Sequence record: MT939492.1 | Length of the DNA: 64,000 nucleotides | Reading direction: 5' to 3' (one strand) | Shown: positions 59,300-64,000 of the stretch, piece after piece | Layout of the letters: each line of letters starts with the position of its first letter | How positions within the stretch are numbered: position 1 is the stretch's first letter | Program-made: the position numbers and the translations under genes | The notes under the pieces: model-generated | The model's input: the letters and a program-made list of their open reading frames with translations, nothing else | Told to the model about the DNA's origin: nothing | The model's database searches: none

Positions 59300-59428
59300 A
59301 TGTCGAACAAACGCTCTCGATCCCCTAAGATCGAGTACATCAAACCAACCAAGCATCCGCTGGGACATCTCCCAGGAAGGATGATAAAGCGGATCGTCAG
59401 TGCGGAAGGAGGTGGGCCTAGGAGCTGA
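59300..59428 (+). CDS. Small basic protein (42 aa)
   Basis: AAGGAG RBS; MSNKRSRSPKIEYIKPTKHPLGHLPGRMIKRIVSAEGGGPRS. Confidence 0.45.
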   Translation: MSNKRSRSPKIEYIKPTKHPLGHLPGRMIKRIVSAEGGGPRS

Positions 59429-59500
59429 CTCCTTCCATAATATCGTCTAGGGGGTATTTATTTGCCCCCTATTCTAACCCCTGAAAAGTCGATTCCAATA

Positions 59501-59530
59501 ACTTTCAGTTCTATATAACTCAGGTGAAGT
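59501..59530 (+). promoter_or_regulatory. Early-type promoter
   Basis: AGTTCTATATAACTCAGGTGAAGT, repeated exactly at 62290-62313; core TATATAAC is one base off phiKZ early TATATTAC. Confidence 0.75.
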
Positions 59531-59582
59531 GCAACATCAATCTAATCAATCCTTCCTGTAATACCCTCAAAGGAGTTCTACC

Positions 59583-59789
59583 ATGAGCAACAACCTGAAG
59601 CTGGCTGGCGAAATCGCTCTCGTTACCCTGGCCATTGGTGCCGGCGCCTACTGCCTGCACCTGGAAAACAAGCGCCGCAAGATGCGCATCAACAGCACTG
59701 AGTTCCAGGCTCTCAAGAGCGTGGCCATGCTGAACGCCAATGCTCGCGCCAACGCCAAGACCACGGCCAAGAAGAAGAAGGTCGCTTAA
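59583..59789 (+). CDS. Membrane microprotein with Lys-rich tail
   Basis: 68 aa, AAAGGAG RBS. Confidence 0.8.
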   Translation: MSNNLKLAGEIALVTLAIGAGAYCLHLENKRRKMRINSTEFQALKSVAMLNANARANAKTTAKKKKVA

Positions 59790-59816
59790 TCCCCTCCATC
59801 GTCAAGGAATAGAATC

Positions 59817-59993
59817 ATGGAAATCAGTGACAACGTGGTGAAGCTGATCGTTGCAGGAACTGTCGTTGCTGCAGCTGGCGTCGGCTATGTCGCCTACAAG
59901 AAGGGTCGCAAGGATGGCGTGTTCCTCGGAGCCATCATCGACCTGGGCTTGTGCGACGACAAGCTGAAGAAGAAATCCACCAAGGCAAAGTAA
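59817..59993 (+). CDS. Membrane microprotein with Lys-rich tail (58 aa)
   Basis: Below ORF-track cutoff; AAGGA RBS; MEISDNVVKLIVAGTVVAAAGVGYVAYKKGRKDG...KLKKKSTKAK. Confidence 0.75.
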   Translation: MEISDNVVKLIVAGTVVAAAGVGYVAYKKGRKDGVFLGAIIDLGLCDDKLKKKSTKAK

Positions 59994-60003
59994 GGACACG
60001 ACC

Positions 60004-60198
60004 ATGTACATCGAAAAAGAAGATGCAATCATCGGCGGTATCGCCCTGGCAATTGTGGTAGGTTCCGTTGGAGCTGCCATGTACTTCGAGGGCAAGGCTC
60101 GTGGTCTGAGCGCCCATGGTCCCGTTAAGGCAATGGCTGCTGACATGCGCAAGGTCATCGCCACCGACAAGAAGAAGGTCAAACAGGCCAAGCGTTAA
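60004..60198 (+). CDS. Membrane microprotein with Lys-rich tail
   Basis: 64 aa, AAGGA RBS. Confidence 0.8.
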   Translation: MYIEKEDAIIGGIALAIVVGSVGAAMYFEGKARGLSAHGPVKAMAADMRKVIATDKKKVKQAKR

Positions 60199-60284
60199 AA
60201 GTTTCACTCAGCCCCTTCCACAGAGCTGTCCCCTGTAGTACAATTACCCCACACCTTCCGCAACAACCTCAAAGGAGCTTCACC

Positions 60285-60509
60285 ATGTTCAAGAACATCA
60301 TCTTCTTCGCCTTCCTCGGTCTGATCCTGGGCGGCACCGCTTTCACCATCGCCGATCAGGCCCTGGCTCACGAGACCAGCACCTGCGGCAAGAACATCAC
60401 CCTGGCGTCCAAGCTGACCCGCGACAACACCCTGCACTGCAGCGTCAAGTCGGTCGGCTATTTCACCGGTAGCGTCAAGTACCGCATCGAGTTCCCCGAG
60501 CAGCAGTAA
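60285..60509 (+). CDS. Small secreted/membrane-anchored protein
   Basis: 74 aa, signal-peptide-like N-terminus, two Cys, AAAGGAG RBS. Confidence 0.75.
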   Translation: MFKNIIFFAFLGLILGGTAFTIADQALAHETSTCGKNITLASKLTRDNTLHCSVKSVGYFTGSVKYRIEFPEQQ

Positions 60510-60600
60510 TACCGATAGCCTACCGAGAGCCTCCTAACGGGGGTTCTCGGTAGTATGCCTTCGGTGACTTGTTCTTTTAGCCAACGAAGAGGTAACAACG

Positions 60601-61002
60601 ATGAGTCTCGTACCAACGATCGAACAAGTGCACATGGAACAGGTCGCCAAGTGTGGCCGCGTGTTCCACCACGCAGCAAGTAAGATCGGCTGTGACGTGA
60701 TGCGTCGTATTGCTGATCTGTTGTCTGACCCGGACAGGCTGCCCAACTACTACAAGAAGCCCAACTACACCAACCAAGGTGAAGACTACAAGCCGGAGAT
60801 TGAAATCAAGCTCCCGCTGTTCCTGGGCTATGACCTGCTTGAAACCATCGACCACTCCCACCAGCTCATGATCCAAAGTGAACTGGAGCGGGCGCTGGTT
60901 GATGTAGCTTCTTCCATCCGCCTGCAAATGGAGCGCTTCACCTACGTGGGTGCTGATCGCTCCGACAAGCTCACCATCGTCCTCCGCGGCGAACTGATTT
61001 AA
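60601..61002 (+). CDS. Hypothetical protein
   Basis: 133 aa, GAGG RBS. Confidence 0.7.
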   Translation: MSLVPTIEQVHMEQVAKCGRVFHHAASKIGCDVMRRIADLLSDPDRLPNYYKKPNYTNQGEDYKPEIEIKLPLFLGYDLLETIDHSHQLMIQSELERALVDVASSIRLQMERFTYVGADRSDKLTIVLRGELI

Positions 61003-61030
61003 ATCCCTCAACTACCCAAAGGTAACTGCA

Positions 61031-61402
61031 ATGATCACTGTCAACACCTCCAAGCTCGCCACCGCCATGACCGACAACCAGAAGGCAGTCGCCAACACGG
61101 TCGTCTCCTCCATCGCCACCGCGCTGAACGACGCTGAACTGATCGAACGTTTCAGCCGCACAACCAAGACGAACATCCGCGTGGATATCCCGCTGTCGGA
61201 AATGCTCAGCTACGAGCTGTACCACTCGCTGGACTACCGCACCAAGTACGAGGTCGAGCGTCAGCTGAGCGAGAAGATCCAGAACGCCTCCAACGTGGTG
61301 TTCAACTACAAGATCGGCGAGAAGTTCGAAAGCGCTGCTCAGTACGAGGCTGACTGCCTGGACTGCCTCACCTTCACCCTCGATCTGAACACCCTGGGCT
61401 AA
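61031..61402 (+). CDS. Hypothetical protein
   Basis: 123 aa, strong codon bias. Confidence 0.75.
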   Translation: MITVNTSKLATAMTDNQKAVANTVVSSIATALNDAELIERFSRTTKTNIRVDIPLSEMLSYELYHSLDYRTKYEVERQLSEKIQNASNVVFNYKIGEKFESAAQYEADCLDCLTFTLDLNTLG

Positions 61403-61465
61403 TCCCCAGGGCTTCACCCCCCCCCCACTCATCAACCTTCCGTATCCAAGTAAAGGAGCAACACC

Positions 61466-61843
61466 ATGAGCAAAGCACTCGACAGCCTGACCGCCTTCAC
61501 CACCGCAAACCTCGCAGCCTGCCATGACCCCAAGCTGCCCGGGAAGGCCATCCCCCAGCTCCGCGCTGAGGCCATGCGTGACATGACCAACGCCATCGAA
61601 GACGTCATGTCCGATCCCCAGCGCATCCACCAGAGCTACGACCCCAACATCGGCTGCCTGCAGGTCACCCAGGCGCTGGACTACTGGGACGCCCACATCG
61701 CCCAGATCATCTCGGCAATGCTGATCAGCGAAGGCGTCGGCGGCACCACGTTCGACGTCATCCCCCGCGACGGCCGCGCCTGCATGGTCACCGCCGTGAT
61801 CCCGATGTTCGACCCGGAGGTCATGGAAGCCGCCGCACGGTAA
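61466..61843 (+). CDS. Hypothetical protein
   Basis: 125 aa, AAAGGAG RBS. Confidence 0.75.
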   Translation: MSKALDSLTAFTTANLAACHDPKLPGKAIPQLRAEAMRDMTNAIEDVMSDPQRIHQSYDPNIGCLQVTQALDYWDAHIAQIISAMLISEGVGGTTFDVIPRDGRACMVTAVIPMFDPEVMEAAAR

Positions 61844-61907
61844 TACCGCATCACCCTCCCCCACTTCGCAACAAACCCTTTTCCACGTTCCGTAGGAGGA
61901 ACACGTC

Positions 61908-62027
61908 ATGATCAAGAATGTCCTCGCTGTCATCGGTGCAGCCGTCGTCCTCAAGCACGCTGTGAAGGTCGGCATCAAGCTCTCCAAGGACTACGCGGAG
62001 CTGGAAGGCTACCGCCGCGTCAAGTAA
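61908..62027 (+). CDS. Hydrophobic microprotein (39 aa)
   Basis: AGGAGG RBS; MIKNVLAVIGAAVVLKHAVKVGIKLSKDYAELEGYRRVK. Confidence 0.65.
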   Translation: MIKNVLAVIGAAVVLKHAVKVGIKLSKDYAELEGYRRVK

Positions 62028-62067
62028 TCCCGCACCACAACTCCCTCAACTACCAAAGGTAATCGAA

Positions 62068-62268
62068 ATGGCTCTGCTCGAAAAGAATGACTACATCGCC
62101 CTGGGCGCCGTCGCTGTTGTGGCTGTCGGTCTGACCTACGTCAACCACCGCATCTCCAAGAGCGTCATCGCTGCACTGAAGTCCCCGGAAGTGCAGGTGA
62201 AGATCGCTGGTGCCAAGCGCAAGCCGGCTGCCAAGAAGCCGCTGAAGAAGGTCGCTACCAAGCGCTGA
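62068..62268 (+). CDS. Membrane microprotein with Lys-rich tail
   Basis: 66 aa, AAAGG RBS. Confidence 0.8.
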   Translation: MALLEKNDYIALGAVAVVAVGLTYVNHRISKSVIAALKSPEVQVKIAGAKRKPAAKKPLKKVATKR

Positions 62269-62284
62269 AAGTCGATCCAAACAA

Positions 62285-62313
62285 ACTTGAGTTCTATATA
62301 ACTCAGGTGAAGT
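62285..62313 (+). promoter_or_regulatory. Early-type promoter (second copy)
   Basis: AGTTCTATATAACTCAGGTGAAGT identical to the copy near 59507. Confidence 0.75.
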
Positions 62314-62373
62314 AGTACCCGCAATACCCCGCAACACTTACCCTTACCCCGCAACTTGCAAAGGAGCTACACC

Positions 62374-62829
62374 ATGAACGCAGTCCTGAACAACACCCAG
62401 AACACCGCCCTGACCACCGCCATGCTGCGCCACATCGCCGCGAAGCTGCCGGTGATCAACTTCAACCCGGAATGGAAAAACGGCACCGGCTACTTCAACG
62501 GCGCCGTCAACGCCGATGTCCAGCACACCGCCGCCTTCGTCGATGACCTCGGCCGAACCGGCATCATCATCCCGCTGGAAGTAGGGGGCAACCTGGTCAT
62601 CTTCGAACGCTTCCCCGATGGCGACCGCATCTGCGCCAACGCCCCGCTGGGCTACAACAAGAAGCTCTTCGACGGTCAGGTCGGCAAGTACCCGACCAAG
62701 AACGAAGACCGCAACAAGGAAGTCGCCACCGACGGCTTCACCCTCGCCACCAATGGCCGCTGGTATGAGCAGGAGGACTTCTCCGACGCTCTGATCTTCG
62801 ACCTCGACACCCTGCTCGCCCTGAGCTAA
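62374..62829 (+). CDS. Hypothetical protein
   Basis: ATG 62374 with AAAGGAG RBS, 151 aa, strong codon bias. Confidence 0.8.
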   Translation: MNAVLNNTQNTALTTAMLRHIAAKLPVINFNPEWKNGTGYFNGAVNADVQHTAAFVDDLGRTGIIIPLEVGGNLVIFERFPDGDRICANAPLGYNKKLFDGQVGKYPTKNEDRNKEVATDGFTLATNGRWYEQEDFSDALIFDLDTLLALS

Positions 62830-62860
62830 CAACCTCTCTCACGTAAAAGGAATCCCGCCC

Positions 62861-63043
62861 ATGTCCCTGGACGAACGCATCGAACGTAACCGTCGTGAAC
62901 TCCTGGCCCACATTGGCGGGAAGTCCGATTACCAGATCCGCGACGAAGCACGCCGCTTCAACGCAGCTCACCAGTACCAGAACGCAACCACTCGCGCACA
63001 GGTCCAGAACCTGTGCAACTCCTCGTACAAGTTCAAGGCCTAA
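62861..63043 (+). CDS. Small hypothetical protein
   Basis: 60 aa, AAAGGA RBS. Confidence 0.7.
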   Translation: MSLDERIERNRRELLAHIGGKSDYQIRDEARRFNAAHQYQNATTRAQVQNLCNSSYKFKA

Positions 63044-63057
63044 AGGAAAGAAGCATC

Positions 63058-63342
63058 ATGGACATGAATCCCACCGATCGCAACGCTCTGATCATCACCG
63101 CTGTCATCGGCGCCGGCCTGGTTGGTCTGGCCTACATGCGCAAGCGCAAGCAGGACAAGGCGATGGCTGCCTTCCACGAAGAAATCCAGAACATCGGCAA
63201 GGTCAAGCTGTCCCCGGCTGCCCAGTTCGCTGCCACCGGCGGCGTCACCAGCCTGGCCAAGTTCCGCGCAGAAAAGCTCAAGGGCAAGAAGACGGCCACC
63301 AAGAAAGCCGTCAAGAAAGCCCCGACCCGCGCGGCGCGCTGA
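63058..63342 (+). CDS. Membrane microprotein with histone-like Lys/Ala tail
   Basis: ATG 63058 with AAAGGA RBS; ends KGKKTATKKAVKKAPTRAAR. Confidence 0.8.
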   Translation: MDMNPTDRNALIITAVIGAGLVGLAYMRKRKQDKAMAAFHEEIQNIGKVKLSPAAQFAATGGVTSLAKFRAEKLKGKKTATKKAVKKAPTRAAR

Positions 63343-63343
63343 C

Positions 63344-63439
63344 ATGTGCGACCTGATCTGGCGCGTCTCTTCCCGCGCCGTCGTGGTCGCGGGTGTCATC
63401 TACCTCCTCAACTTCCACCAGATGAACAAGTACGAATAA
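63344..63439 (+). CDS. Possible hydrophobic microprotein (31 aa)
   Basis: MCDLIWRVSSRAVVVAGVIYLLNFHQMNKYE, starts 1 nt after previous stop. Confidence 0.4.
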   Translation: MCDLIWRVSSRAVVVAGVIYLLNFHQMNKYE

Positions 63440-63490
63440 TCGTACCTCATCAATCCCCTTCTCGCAATACCCATCCAAGGAGCAATACCC

Positions 63491-63943
63491 ATGTTCACCA
63501 ATATCGTCTTCGCTGTCCTGTTCATCTCCTGCGCCTTCAGCACCTTCTTCCTGTGGCAGCTGAAGAACAACAAGCCGCTCAAGAACGACCGCATCAGCCA
63601 GTACATGCGCAGCAACATCACCAAGCTGGCTCACTCGCTGCTGCTGATGGGTCGCGATACCCCGGCCGATCGCAAGGAGTGGGTCGGTCAGTTCAACTTC
63701 GTCTTCGGCATCGCCACGTTCCTGGCCTGCCTGGTCGCAGTGTACTTCGGCAAGATCCACGTCTGCATCCCGCTGGTTGGCCTGTTCGCCCTGACCCGTG
63801 AGTTCAACGCCGAGATGCTGCAGCACGTCGAGTTCGAGATCAAAGTCATGGCCGTCGCTCAGCGCCGCATGAACCGCGACATCATGGACGGCTGCCGCAA
63901 CCTGAACCTGAGCGGCATCACCGACGTCACCGACAAGCTGTAA
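63491..63943 (+). CDS. Hypothetical membrane protein
   Basis: 150 aa, AAGGAG RBS, several hydrophobic segments. Confidence 0.8.
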   Translation: MFTNIVFAVLFISCAFSTFFLWQLKNNKPLKNDRISQYMRSNITKLAHSLLLMGRDTPADRKEWVGQFNFVFGIATFLACLVAVYFGKIHVCIPLVGLFALTREFNAEMLQHVEFEIKVMAVAQRRMNRDIMDGCRNLNLSGITDVTDKL

Positions 63944-63944
63944 G

Positions 63945-64000
63945 CGGCATAGCTGGGCTCCCCGCGAGGGGAGCCCAGTATCCGATCCTCTTTTTTTTTT
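63945..64000 (+). terminator. Intrinsic terminator
   Basis: CTGGGCTCCCC-GCGA-GGGGAGCCCAG stem preceded by GGCATA, T-run at window end. Confidence 0.75.

Noticed and set aside
59100-64000. Repeated intergenic words as a possible CRISPR-like array
   Set aside because: Repeats are short, imperfect and separated by RBS-bearing ORFs of variable length; no cas genes
1-64000. Alternative genetic code or stop-codon readthrough
   Set aside because: Core genes are full length under the standard code and use TAA, TGA and TAG as stops

Overview
The window is a 64-kb segment of a GC-rich jumbo phage genome of the phiKZ-like, nucleus-forming group (Chimalliviridae). Left to right: baseplate/virion genes (minus strand), tail sheath and tail tube, four small membrane-protein genes, terminase large subunit, accessory genes (including a MazG-like enzyme and a tandem array of apparent paralogs), family-B DNA polymerase, and the phage-nucleus block (chimallin ChmA, all five non-virion RNA polymerase subunits or fragments except the beta N-terminal one, SbcD-like nuclease, ChmC-like RNA-binding protein, PicA-like importer, SF2 helicase). 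Then come a tail/baseplate chaperone-like pair, a virion RNAP beta' fragment, and an early-type region of very small ORFs. No tRNA, rRNA, CRISPR array, intron or homing endonuclease was seen. Product calls rest on motifs read from the translations plus recalled phiKZ synteny; no database search was run. Best leads: a candidate -1 programmed frameshift at 53672-53679, a family of single-pass membrane microproteins with Lys-rich tails, a tandem paralog array upstream of the polymerase, shared Arg/Asp-rich disordered segments in nucleus-block proteins, and a recurring GCATA-hairpin-TATGC element.
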